A DNA stretch of 64,000 nt from an uncultured bacterium (GCA_963702025.1 OY969699.1:1408001-1472000); one strand, 5' to 3'. Shown: positions 48,031 through 58,095, counted from the first letter of the stretch. A program made the numbers and translations. The notes: generated by a model not told the origin, from the letters alone.

Positions 48031-49038
48031 ATGAGTGCAATGCAAATCAATGCCGGCATTCAAAATGGTGTTTTACAACCTGATCATATTCGCATTGAAA
48101 ATGATACCGGCACTACCATAACAGTTCAATTAGGCGACGCAATTGCTGTCGATAAACCATCTGAGCGCATCGATAATCCGCTTCTTTATGGAAGCATTCG
48201 AAAATCTGATATTAACTGTGAGGATAATTCACTCAATTTGGTGAGCGATGCGATTAAATCTGGAGAAACTTTGGTAATAGATACCTGCCAAGATGACATA
48301 GCTCGTTACAATCAAGAAAAAGGATTGAATGAAACTAAGGATTTCATAGTTGTTTACAATGAAGCAGCCAAACCGATTGGTGCCATTCTTTATCCGTTGC
48401 AAAAATATGGCAAATCGGTCAACAATAACTCGGTAATCTGGAGCATTAAAGCATCTGATCTCATTCAAAAAAGAGTGATTAATCCCTATCCTGAATTAAA
48501 TCATAAAGGTCTTTTAGAGCGCGTGTATGCAACCTTACGCGCATCATTAAAATCAACCCCTTCTTTAACTATTCCTCGTGTTCAAGTTACCAATGATACC
48601 AAAAAAGAACTTGAAATTGAGGATGCAACAAACTATCGCGTACAGATTAATGGCAACTGGATAACTGCCGGTTACCAAACAACCAAATCGTATGCTGCAA
48701 ACCCGGGCGCAACCGTCAGTATTGATACCCCTCAGCAATCTGTTCAAGATTTCGTGAAAGATGCTACGGATACCAAAAAAAGAGCCCTTCGCATTTATAA
48801 TTTTGAATCCGGACGCAACTTAGTAGGCACCATGGAATATTATCCTTCCACTAATTCAGTGAAAACGGTAGATGGCATAACCTATATCGTATCGAAGCCG
48901 TTGAATGTAAACGCATCTGATATCATTAAGAAACAGGCTATCGCCGATAAAAAAGCTGAAAAAGAACACTTGGAAAGGGTATTAGCCGAAGTAAAGCAAG
49001 AGCTTAAAGAAGCGCGGCAAATGAGAGCGCGATTATAA
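48031..49038 (+). CDS. Hypothetical protein with two similar beta-rich domains; leader appears truncated
   Basis: IRIENDT...IKASDLI and VQVTNDT...VNASDII; in-frame stop at 48010. Confidence 0.7.
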   Translation: MSAMQINAGIQNGVLQPDHIRIENDTGTTITVQLGDAIAVDKPSERIDNPLLYGSIRKSDINCEDNSLNLVSDAIKSGETLVIDTCQDDIARYNQEKGLNETKDFIVVYNEAAKPIGAILYPLQKYGKSVNNNSVIWSIKASDLIQKRVINPYPELNHKGLLERVYATLRASLKSTPSLTIPRVQVTNDTKKELEIEDATNYRVQINGNWITAGYQTTKSYAANPGATVSIDTPQQSVQDFVKDATDTKKRALRIYNFESGRNLVGTMEYYPSTNSVKTVDGITYIVSKPLNVNASDIIKKQAIADKKAEKEHLERVLAEVKQELKEARQMRARL

Positions 49039-49052
49039 CAGTAACTATAGCC

Positions 49053-49076
49053 GGGGCTGCGAATTAAAGCAGCCCC
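49053..49076 (+). terminator. Stem-loop terminator
   Basis: GGGGCTGC / GCAGCCCC. Confidence 0.7.
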
Positions 49077-49095
49077 TATATAAATGGAGAAAACT

Positions 49096-49896
49096 ATGTT
49101 AAAAATAAAGAATTATTCAATGTATCTTTTATTAGTAACTGCACTCGCATTCAGCTCTCTTGCCAGCGGCATGGATGCTGATCACACACAACGTAATGCA
49201 ATTACCAGAATTAATGCGATTACCAATCATTTAACACCACAAGCACCTACCAGCGGCACATTACATCATGGCATTACCGAAAGTGGTATCGAATATGTCT
49301 TTTATAAGGTTGCTACTAAAAAAGAAAATCAGCACGCAAGCCCAACCGTGCAAAAACAGACTGGTTTGAGTATTGAGGATTTTAATACAGAAAACGATTA
49401 TAAAAAAGCAAAGCAATTATTGAAAGATAATTGGGATGATTTAATTGGTTATGATGAACCGTGTACTGAAGATTCTTGCCAAACAGTTGCATATTACTTG
49501 TTCAAAACACAAAGATCAGCTAATTATCGTCCTCACCCATTAATAGTTAAAACGGTGAAAAATAATGGTCAAATGATCGGCTTCATTGGCTATGTGTTAT
49601 ATGATTCTGCAAATAACGATAAAAATTACCCATCAGGTTATCTTCTCAATGCACCACTTGATGCTGGCCATATTGAAATAATGGCGGTAGATGCAGCATA
49701 TCGCAGAACAGGAGCAGGCATGCAATTAATGCAGCATGCGCTCAATGATCTTATTCAAAAAGGTGCCAAAAAAATAAATCTAGGGGTTAAAAATGATAAT
49801 AAACCCGCATGGAATTTATATCTTAAATTAGGCTTTACCATTGATAAAAAATTTGATGATAAAAATACTATGTTGGTAAAAATAATCAAGAAATAA
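49096..49896 (+). CDS. Secreted GNAT acetyltransferase (RimI/NAT-like)
   Basis: Leader ...LASG|MDA; MAVDAAYRRTGAG, V..DNKPAWNLYLKLGF. Confidence 0.85.
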   Translation: MLKIKNYSMYLLLVTALAFSSLASGMDADHTQRNAITRINAITNHLTPQAPTSGTLHHGITESGIEYVFYKVATKKENQHASPTVQKQTGLSIEDFNTENDYKKAKQLLKDNWDDLIGYDEPCTEDSCQTVAYYLFKTQRSANYRPHPLIVKTVKNNGQMIGFIGYVLYDSANNDKNYPSGYLLNAPLDAGHIEIMAVDAAYRRTGAGMQLMQHALNDLIQKGAKKINLGVKNDNKPAWNLYLKLGFTIDKKFDDKNTMLVKIIKK

Positions 49897-49950
49897 GCGA
49901 CGGCAACAATTACTTTATAAAATACATTATAAAAAGATACGAGAGGCTCT

Positions 49951-50407
49951 ATGTTACCAAAAATATACGCATTAATTATATCCGCATTCTGTATCAGCTC
50001 ACTTGCTGCCATGGATCCCTCAGAAAATCAACCGTGGGAAAAGAAGCTTGCCGAGCTAACCAATGGCCGCTCATCCGGGCGCAACAGTCCGCATGAAACT
50101 ACCGCAGGGACATGTTGAAGATTTTGTGAAAGATGCAACGGATAACAAAAAAAGAATCCTACGAATTTATAATTTTGAATCTGGGCGCAACTTAGTGGGC
50201 ACCATGGATTATCCTACCTCTGATCCAGTGAAAACAGTAGATGGCATAACCTATATCGTATCGAAGCCTCTCAATGTTAACGCATCTGACATAATTAAGA
50301 AACAGACTATCGCTGATAAAACTGCTGAAAAAGAAAGATTGGAAAGAATAATAGCAGACATCAAACAAGAGCTTAAAGATGCACAGAAATTGAGAGCTCG
50401 ATTATAA
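49951..50407 (+). pseudogene. Internally deleted, frameshifted paralog of 48031..49038
   Basis: Leader MLPKIYALIISAFCISSLAA|MDP at 49951 is out of frame with 50063..50407, which closely matches the last ~115 aa of 48031..49038. Confidence 0.75.
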
Positions 50408-50421
50408 TACTATATATCTAT

Positions 50422-50452
50422 AAAGGGGCCGTGGATTAAAGCGGCCCTTTTT
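50422..50452 (+). terminator. Intrinsic terminator
   Basis: AAAGGGGCCG / CGGCCCTTTTT. Confidence 0.75.
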
Positions 50453-50647
50453 CATTAGGAGCGCAGTAATTTTTGCAGAAGAAAGATGGGGGTACAAAAG
50501 TCTTTTGCCCCATGTTGCAAAACTCATCAAAGAATTCTTCATCTTTCCAGATAGCAGTCAAAGCGCATACTCTTGCCCAAATAGAAAATTAATATAAAAT
50601 ACAAAAGAATAGATATTACGAAACATTTCTTAATTAATGGACTATTT

Positions 50648-51133
50648 ATGAAAAATTTTATTCTCCTTGCCAGTAAAAGAATTATTTTGGTCCTGCCATT
50701 AATCACCTTTGCAAACAATACTCGTTGCATGAATGGATTTGACCAATCACTCAACCCTGATCACTTAATTGAAAATAAAGCACAGAGCTTACTGGTCATG
50801 CTGCAAACGGTGCCAACAGATCACCGGGTTACGGCCGATCTGTTAAAAAATATTAACGTTATGAGATTTTTTAAGTTCATGGAAGAGTATGTCAAAATAT
50901 TTCCCGCAATGAGTGGCACAGAATTTAAGAGAATGATGAGTGAATTGGATCAGTATGTTGAGCAACATCTTCCGGCGGGCCAACAATGTTATCTTAAAGA
51001 AGTTTCTGAATTTTTACAGCAACGTTATTTTTCCGATTATTCCGTGAATGAACTTTTTACCTTTAGTCTTTTAATTGCAGCAATTGAAGATTTAACGGAA
51101 CTGAATAGATTGATAAGCAAAAGAGCTCAATAA
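50648..51133 (+). CDS. Secreted helical hypothetical protein
   Basis: Leader ...NTRC|MNG. Confidence 0.65.
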   Translation: MKNFILLASKRIILVLPLITFANNTRCMNGFDQSLNPDHLIENKAQSLLVMLQTVPTDHRVTADLLKNINVMRFFKFMEEYVKIFPAMSGTEFKRMMSELDQYVEQHLPAGQQCYLKEVSEFLQQRYFSDYSVNELFTFSLLIAAIEDLTELNRLISKRAQ

Positions 51134-51236
51134 GCTTTTGCCTGTGTTTTCAATTTCATTAATTTGTAAAACTCAACCAATAGAGTATCATGTAACCAAG
51201 TTCTATTAGGATGTCTATTTAAGCAAAAGTAAACAT

Positions 51237-52517
51237 ATGCAACAGAAAAAAATATCCCTTGTTAGCGCCATAATTCTCAATGTAAACATACTGGTTGGAT
51301 CGGCAATTTTTGCTTTTCCCAGTTTGATGGCCGGCATTGCAGGTAATGCAAGTTTTCTTTCATGGGGAATAGTTGCACTTTTATTTTTGCCTTTAGTGTT
51401 AGCCGCTGTCGAATTAACCAGCCTTTTTCCGGGGGCGGGTGGCTTTTATACCTATGCAAAGGAGGGCCTGGGAAAAGAAGCAGGTTATTTAGCCGGTTGG
51501 CTGTATATTGTTGGCTATACATTTTCAGTGGTTCTTGAAGGCTTGGCACTCAGAAAAATAGTTACTTCCTACTGCTTATCTGTACCTTTCATTGATAATG
51601 TCTTTATTTTTAATCTTCTGTTTGTAAGCATTTTAGTGCTCTTTAATATGTTAAGCCTTAAAGTAATGAGTAACTTTCTGAGCTTCTTTACGATCTGTAA
51701 GATATTACCACTCGTAATATTAATTTTATTAATTCCATTTATTATAAATCCCAACTTCTCAATTACGAGTACTGAGCTTTCCTTATTGCCGGCTTCATTG
51801 CCCTTGGCAATCTTTGGATACTTTGGTTTTGAATATTGTTGCAATATTACTCATCATATTGAAAACAGCAAAAAGAATGGGCCGCGAGCGATCATGATCG
51901 GTTTTTTGGCAACTGCGCTCATTTACATGCTCTTTCATTTTGGTCTTTTAAATCTTATGGGTGCTCAAAAACTTGCTGAATGCGGCGCTCCGGCCTACGC
52001 ATCATTTTTGACTATGCCAATCCCCTACTTAAAAGAATTTATCAATTTCTTTATTCCTATTGCTTCTATTATCGCAATTTGCGCAACTGCTATCGGACTT
52101 CTTAATGCAAACACGGAAGTATTATATGTAATGGCCCAAGAGCGTCAATTTTATAAATGGCATTTGTTATCCAAGGTTAACACATATGGCCGGCCTATCG
52201 TAGCATTATTGCTCCAGAGTTTTATAATTTTTTTGATTTTAATGTTTGTCCCTTATATTGCGGTTATTAATGGCCTGTGTAACGTAGGGGTTTTCTTAGC
52301 CTATCTACTTCCCTTTATTTCTTTATTGATTTTACAACGCAGCATTGGCAGCTATAGAAAAATGCCTTTGACCATTTTAGCAATTGCTATTATTGTGGGT
52401 CTCATTATTTACAACTGGCTATTCATGGCAGATTCGCTCATTGAACGTTTGCTGTATACCGCATTGCTATGCTGCATTATTGGTAGCGGATTTTTAATTC
52501 GAAATCGCGAACGATGA
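51237..52517 (+). CDS. APC-family amino acid permease
   Basis: VGSAIF, PGAGGFYTYA, YFGFE; about 12 TM helices. Confidence 0.92.
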   Translation: MQQKKISLVSAIILNVNILVGSAIFAFPSLMAGIAGNASFLSWGIVALLFLPLVLAAVELTSLFPGAGGFYTYAKEGLGKEAGYLAGWLYIVGYTFSVVLEGLALRKIVTSYCLSVPFIDNVFIFNLLFVSILVLFNMLSLKVMSNFLSFFTICKILPLVILILLIPFIINPNFSITSTELSLLPASLPLAIFGYFGFEYCCNITHHIENSKKNGPRAIMIGFLATALIYMLFHFGLLNLMGAQKLAECGAPAYASFLTMPIPYLKEFINFFIPIASIIAICATAIGLLNANTEVLYVMAQERQFYKWHLLSKVNTYGRPIVALLLQSFIIFLILMFVPYIAVINGLCNVGVFLAYLLPFISLLILQRSIGSYRKMPLTILAIAIIVGLIIYNWLFMADSLIERLLYTALLCCIIGSGFLIRNRER

Positions 52518-53035
52518 ACACAATGAAGAGGATAGCCATTATTGGCAATGCCGGATCGGGTAAATCAATACTGGCCCAAAAGCTGCATACCATTTTTAAG
52601 TTGCCGGTTTATCATCTTGATAAATATTTCTGGAAACCGGGGTGGGTAAGGCCCGATCCTATTGAATACAAAAAAATCCATGGCAGTTTATGTGATAAGG
52701 ATGAATGGATCATCGAAGGCCTTAATCTGAAGCTTTTGGATTATCGCATTAAGCAAGCCGATATGATTATATTTTTAGATTTTCCACAGTACCTTTGCTT
52801 TTGGCGTATTTTTAAAAGATCCGTAAAATATTATGGAAAAGTAGCTCCAGGGAGTGCCGAAGGATGCCCGGAAAGATTTAATTGGGAATTTTTAAATTGG
52901 GTGCGTGCTTTTAAAAAAAGATATTCTGCCAAAACACGTGAACTTTTAGCAGGTTACGCAAATACAAAACAGATTTATGTTTTTAGATCGCAACAAGAAG
53001 TTGATAAATTTGTTGAAAAAATTGCACAAGATTAA
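52514..53035 (+). CDS. FlaR-like P-loop kinase (topology modulation protein)
   Basis: IIGNAGSGKS, HLDKYFWKPGW, WIIEG, GCPER. Confidence 0.9.
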   Translation: MNTMKRIAIIGNAGSGKSILAQKLHTIFKLPVYHLDKYFWKPGWVRPDPIEYKKIHGSLCDKDEWIIEGLNLKLLDYRIKQADMIIFLDFPQYLCFWRIFKRSVKYYGKVAPGSAEGCPERFNWEFLNWVRAFKKRYSAKTRELLAGYANTKQIYVFRSQQEVDKFVEKIAQD

Positions 53036-54456
53036 AGAGCCGCTAAAATCCTGCCATCTTTCACCTCATATATATCGTTTACTGATATGGCTTTCAAAAA
53101 TTGCTGATCATGAGAAATAATAATCAGCGCCCCCGGATATGCTGCCAGAACTTCAATAAGATACTCGCGTGTTTGCAAATCGATATTATTGGTAATCTCA
53201 TCAAGCAGTAAAAGATACGGATTTTTTGCTGCGATGAAAGCAAGCGATAAGCGAGCCTTTTCACCTCCCGAGAGATTGCCTACTTTATTTTCAACTTCAT
53301 GTTGGGTTGAAAAGAGAAAATCATTCAGATGCTTGCGCACTTCAAGATTGGACCATTGGGGCGCTGCTTCTTGAATAACCTGAAATATGGTCAGCGATGG
53401 CGGCAAAGTGGAATAATGTTGATCCAAGTAGCCAATATTATTGTTGGCCGGCATATGCCAATTGCCTTGGATTTTGATCTGCGGTTCATGCAAAATCGCT
53501 TTTAAAAAGGTTGATTTACCTGAACCATTAGCGCCGGTTATTGCAATGCGATCGGTTGGCTGAATCTGCATATTGATATCATGCAAAATAGGAGGTTTAT
53601 CTTTATACCCGCAGCTTCCGTTTACAATAGAAACAATCGCTTTATGCGTAACTGTGGTGCGCATGCCGACATTAAATTTGGGCTTAATTTTTTTATGAAC
53701 AAATGCCTGCCCAAGCTCTGCTTGAATAGATTCTTGCATATATGATAACCGTTTGAGATTTTTCCCTTCGGATCGGGAGCCACTTTCTTTCATGGCGCCA
53801 AGCAATGTGCGATCTTTTTCATGAATATTGGCCACTTTGCTTTGAGCGGCTCTTTTATGCTCTTGTTCTAGCGCTTTGCGCAATTTACGTTTTTCTTTAT
53901 ACAATTGCTCGCGTTGCTGTTCAAGCTGTTCTTGCTGGGCATCATGCATCGCCAGATACTCAGCATAATTGCCGGCAAAAATGGTAATGGTCCCATGTTC
54001 AATATGCCAAATTTCATCAAAATCGAGCGCTAAGATATCCGGATCATGAGAAACAATGATCATTGTGTAATTCCAAGAGCGCAACATGCGAATAAATGAG
54101 GTTTTATTATGCTGGTCCAAATGATTGGTTGGCTCATCAAGGCATAAAACATCAGGACCCACACTTAAAGCACCCGAAAGGGCTTTATTAAATCGTTGGC
54201 CACCACTTAAGTGCGGATACTCGGTTATTGTTTGGGGCACATAGCCAAAGGTAATCCCTTCGGGAATTTTTACATGCCCTGATGTTGGTGGCGTGAGCCC
54301 TTGAATTGTTTTAAGCAAGGTCGATTTGCCGGATCCATTTATACCCATAATAACAATGTGCTTGCCCGGATGAATTTGAGTACTAAAGTTTTCAAAGCAG
54401 ATTTTTGGATTGGCATATAATGAAATATTGCTGATGGTAATAGGTTTGTGGCTCAT
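53032..54456 (-). CDS. ABC-F ATPase (ribosome-associated, ARE-like)
   Basis: Two NBDs (GINGSGKST, LSGGQ, DEPTNHLD; GANGSGKST, LSGGE) with a coiled linker and no TM; GGGGAG RBS. Confidence 0.9.
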   Translation of the reverse strand: MSHKPITISNISLYANPKICFENFSTQIHPGKHIVIMGINGSGKSTLLKTIQGLTPPTSGHVKIPEGITFGYVPQTITEYPHLSGGQRFNKALSGALSVGPDVLCLDEPTNHLDQHNKTSFIRMLRSWNYTMIIVSHDPDILALDFDEIWHIEHGTITIFAGNYAEYLAMHDAQQEQLEQQREQLYKEKRKLRKALEQEHKRAAQSKVANIHEKDRTLLGAMKESGSRSEGKNLKRLSYMQESIQAELGQAFVHKKIKPKFNVGMRTTVTHKAIVSIVNGSCGYKDKPPILHDINMQIQPTDRIAITGANGSGKSTFLKAILHEPQIKIQGNWHMPANNNIGYLDQHYSTLPPSLTIFQVIQEAAPQWSNLEVRKHLNDFLFSTQHEVENKVGNLSGGEKARLSLAFIAAKNPYLLLLDEITNNIDLQTREYLIEVLAAYPGALIIISHDQQFLKAISVNDIYEVKDGRILAAL

Positions 54457-54612
54457 AAATTTTGTCTCCCCGTGCAAAGCCATCTTGTTCAGTGAAGCAA
54501 GCGCCATGGCTCTTTTATCAAGCAGAATTATGCTAATTTACCAATCGACTACCAAATCAGCATAATTCCCTTGGAAAGAGCGAAGCTCTGCCATTTATTC
54601 TTATTCGTTTCG

Positions 54613-55482
54613 TTAAAAAGTACTTATAAAGGCCCCAAGCTTGCCAATCCTATCTTTAATGCCTGCAGTCTTAGGAAAATCTTCTTTTTCAAGCGCCTCA
54701 GTGAGCCGTGAAAATTCAGTAGCCATGCAATAAATATAGGCATTGCCAACCGCAAGGTTTTCTCCAGATTTTTGATTATAGGCTTGAATTGCCAGGGGAA
54801 TTAATTCCATATCAATCAAATGCAAGTAACGAAATTCATGATAAACGGTATCAATTGCCGCTGACGTAAAATCTATACTGCCGGATAGTTTTTTGGTTGC
54901 CGGATCAATGAGAATGTTATCTGCATGCAAATCATTATGCACTAATTCTAATTTTTTGTCGGCATCTATTATGCGTTGATATTCATTTATGAAATGGACA
55001 AATAGTTCTTGAAGATGTTTATCAGTTAATACTTTGGAAAGTCTTGATTGTAGAATATCCGGTTTTAAGGGCCAATCGGCGCGGGTAAGCCCTATTTTTT
55101 CTGCAGCATCAAGAGTGATGCTTGAATGCAACTCATAAAGAAATTGCGCAAAATCATCAGCAAATTGTTTTTTCTGAATTTCAGTAAGTTCCTCATACAT
55201 TGTAGCGGCAAGCGGCACACCTAAAATCTTCTTATATCCAAAGCAATAGGCATCGGGAAAATAATAAGCAACTTTTGGGATAGAGCAGGCAATTTTATTT
55301 TCAAGCATTTTTAGAAGTTGCACTTCAATGCCCATATGCTGTTGCACATCCGAGTTTTTGGCAAATCGAAAGATCCATGTATTATTTACCTCAATAACGC
55401 AATGTTCATCGCCCTGCTTTTGTACAATCGACTGTATACATAGATCGGGAATGTTTTTTTCTAAAAATAGCTTATTGTTCAT
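54613..55482 (-). CDS. Aminoglycoside phosphotransferase-family kinase
   Basis: VNNTWIFRF, HNDLHADNIL, IDF. Confidence 0.88.
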   Translation of the reverse strand: MNNKLFLEKNIPDLCIQSIVQKQGDEHCVIEVNNTWIFRFAKNSDVQQHMGIEVQLLKMLENKIACSIPKVAYYFPDAYCFGYKKILGVPLAATMYEELTEIQKKQFADDFAQFLYELHSSITLDAAEKIGLTRADWPLKPDILQSRLSKVLTDKHLQELFVHFINEYQRIIDADKKLELVHNDLHADNILIDPATKKLSGSIDFTSAAIDTVYHEFRYLHLIDMELIPLAIQAYNQKSGENLAVGNAYIYCMATEFSRLTEALEKEDFPKTAGIKDRIGKLGAFISTF

Positions 55483-56620
55483 GTTTCAAAATTCGATTGC
55501 CGGGATTAAGATTATTTTTCAGGTATTTATCAAAAAAATCGGTTGTATATTTCTTAGCTCTATTTTGCATTTTTCTCGACTGTGCTGATGAAGCGCCAAC
55601 ATCAACATCAATAAATTTGGATAACAATTGGCCGAGTAGCGTTGCGTGCAAAAGGAGCGGTAAATCAGTGAATGCGCCATGGCCAATATTATCAATATCA
55701 ACAATTGTCATATTTCCCTGTGATGCGCTTGCTAATTGATCCAGTTTCTCACGTTCAATTTTTCCCTCGGCATCGGCCCATATGCGGCTTTTTTTGGCTA
55801 CGATTTCCAAAAAGGGAGTATGCAGGGGCTCCATATTTAAATTGCCACGAAGACCACTATCAAACGCAACGCCGGCTTTAATACGAGCATCTTTTAAACA
55901 CATGTGCATCGTAAGCGCTCCGCCTCCTGAATGTCCGGCCATGCCGATGTGATCTATGTCGAGTTTTTTATAAAACATCGACGAAGGTTGAGCATTGAAT
56001 TGTGATACACTGTCTAAAACAAAAGTAATATCATGGGCCAGCGTTTCAAATTGTTCTCGCTTCCAGGCCCTAGTAATCTCTTTGCCCTCTCTTTTTTTTG
56101 AGCTCAATAGACTATCAATGTATCTGCCATCAGGAAATCGTGTTCTTGCAGCCATATAGGGATGATTGATGCCAATTACTATATATCCCTGGCTAGCAAG
56201 CTCTTGCATGAGCCATGTGTATTGTTGAATCATGGGGCCTGATCCATGGGTGACAATAATCACCGGAAATAAATCGCCCTTTGCTAGTGCCGCATTGAGC
56301 TGCGCGTATATTTTTGTTTTTTGCAAACCACCAAGCAGCCAAGTAGGGATACCGCTTTGCGTGTGAATAAATTCTTTGAAATTTTCAATCGCATCAGCAT
56401 CATAAAGCGTATTGGGGTTCTCTGTTTTTATATTTGTTGGATACCAAATATGCAGCATTAATTCGCGTGGTGAATTCGGATTGTTTGGTTCTTTCCGCTT
56501 GGTATCAATTAAATGAAGTTCTGTTGTGCCAACGCCATAGCAACCTGTGGGTGCCGGAAAATTATTGAGATTACCGAACATAATAATCCTCATTGTTCTT
56601 TGCCATACACTGGACTTCAA
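55472..56620 (-). CDS. PAF-acetylhydrolase-like alpha/beta hydrolase
   Basis: PTGCYGVG, HIWYP, LASQGYIV, GHSGGG. Confidence 0.9.
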   Translation of the reverse strand: MKSSVWQRTMRIIMFGNLNNFPAPTGCYGVGTTELHLIDTKRKEPNNPNSPRELMLHIWYPTNIKTENPNTLYDADAIENFKEFIHTQSGIPTWLLGGLQKTKIYAQLNAALAKGDLFPVIIVTHGSGPMIQQYTWLMQELASQGYIVIGINHPYMAARTRFPDGRYIDSLLSSKKREGKEITRAWKREQFETLAHDITFVLDSVSQFNAQPSSMFYKKLDIDHIGMAGHSGGGALTMHMCLKDARIKAGVAFDSGLRGNLNMEPLHTPFLEIVAKKSRIWADAEGKIEREKLDQLASASQGNMTIVDIDNIGHGAFTDLPLLLHATLLGQLLSKFIDVDVGASSAQSRKMQNRAKKYTTDFFDKYLKNNLNPGNRILKHEQ

Positions 56621-56625
56621 TATTT

Positions 56626-57894
56626 CTATTTTTTAATTTTTATTTTTTCCGTTATTTCCGGCAAGCCTTTCAGCAGAGCAATAAATTGATTGCGATCTTT
56701 ATTCTTAAGGTATACATCAAAAAAATCAACCACGAGTTTTCGGGTAATCTCAATTCCTTTTAATGGAGCAATTGTGCCTGGTGGCAGAGACGGCAATAAG
56801 AAAGGGTAATCAGTAAAACTCATATGATCTGCTTTTTTGAGAATTGCTAAATATGCATCATTAAGAAGATAATTAAATAAGTTTTCTATAGCTGATCGAT
56901 AGTCAATAATCACTTTATCAACGTCTGCTTTTGTCATGTGCATTTTTTCAAGCATCTCATCAGGAGGATAATTTCCGAGATCAACCGATTGGCTAGCTTC
57001 TAGGAACATAAATGGTTTATCGAAAGCCATTTGCGCATCTTTTCCTTCCGGGGAACCATCAATAAGAATACCTGCCTTACATCTGCTATCCTGTCGACAA
57101 ACCTGCACTGCAGTAGCGCCCCCAAAAGAGTGCCCAAATATGCCAATGTGTGATAAATCCAGCTTAGAAGTTAATAAATGATTTGGATCATTTATGTTCA
57201 TTTTTTCTAATTTATCAAGAACAAATTTAGTATCCTGCACCCATCTATCCATCATATCCGATAATCCCTTTGATCGTATCTCTAGCATTTCGTTTGGATT
57301 ATCTACAGGTTTTTGTGTTACCGGCTTGGCATCTTCAGGCCTAATTATTCTGCCATCAGGGAAAAAAGTAACTAAATTGTCATATGGGTGATCAATTCCA
57401 ACAACAATATATCCATGGCTTGCCAAATCTTCCAATACACTTGTGTATGATCGAACAACCCCAGTACCGACGCCCGGTGAAAAGATGACTACCGGCCATC
57501 GGGTGTTAGAAGATGAAACTGAAGCATTATATATACTACGAGTTTTAACTACATCAAGAAACCCTAATTTCTCTAAAGGAGTATGCGATTGCTCACTTAT
57601 AAAATGTTTAACATACGGCATCTCCTGAGATAAATATGGATAGGGCTCACCTTCAATGTTTTTATCGATTGGATACCAAATGTGAACCATTAATTCCCGA
57701 TAATCTTCAGGATTTTTTGACGCGTTTTCTTTGCGGCTCTTATCAATCAAATGATACTTGGTGGTACCAACCGCAAATGGACCCGTTAGTGCCGGTAATT
57801 GTATTACGTGCCGCTCCTTATGCATACAAAATAAAGTTATTATGGCACCGAGTGCTACGGCACCAGTAATTAAAATGATTTTATTTATTTTCAT
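56626..57894 (-). CDS. PAF-acetylhydrolase-like alpha/beta hydrolase
   Basis: TGPFAVG, HIWYP, LASHGYIVVGIDH, GHSFGG, HMSFTD. Confidence 0.9.
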   Translation of the reverse strand: MKINKIILITGAVALGAIITLFCMHKERHVIQLPALTGPFAVGTTKYHLIDKSRKENASKNPEDYRELMVHIWYPIDKNIEGEPYPYLSQEMPYVKHFISEQSHTPLEKLGFLDVVKTRSIYNASVSSSNTRWPVVIFSPGVGTGVVRSYTSVLEDLASHGYIVVGIDHPYDNLVTFFPDGRIIRPEDAKPVTQKPVDNPNEMLEIRSKGLSDMMDRWVQDTKFVLDKLEKMNINDPNHLLTSKLDLSHIGIFGHSFGGATAVQVCRQDSRCKAGILIDGSPEGKDAQMAFDKPFMFLEASQSVDLGNYPPDEMLEKMHMTKADVDKVIIDYRSAIENLFNYLLNDAYLAILKKADHMSFTDYPFLLPSLPPGTIAPLKGIEITRKLVVDFFDVYLKNKDRNQFIALLKGLPEITEKIKIKK

Positions 57895-58095
57895 TATTTC
57901 ATCACAATGTTTTGAGTTTGGAATTCTATAAATAAAACTGTAACAAAGGCCCATAGCAAGCACAAGAATTCAATTTTGATGGAACTTAGTACTTTTTCGA
58001 TTAGCCAAGAAGAAAATAATACATAAAAAGAATATCTTCAACGGCAATTCTCTGCTAAAATAGTGCTTATTTTAAACACTTTATACGGAGAAACA

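Noticed and set aside
48680..50407. Diversity-generating retroelement template/variable repeat pair
   Set aside because: Differences between the copies are not adenine-specific and no reverse transcriptase is present; duplication explains it
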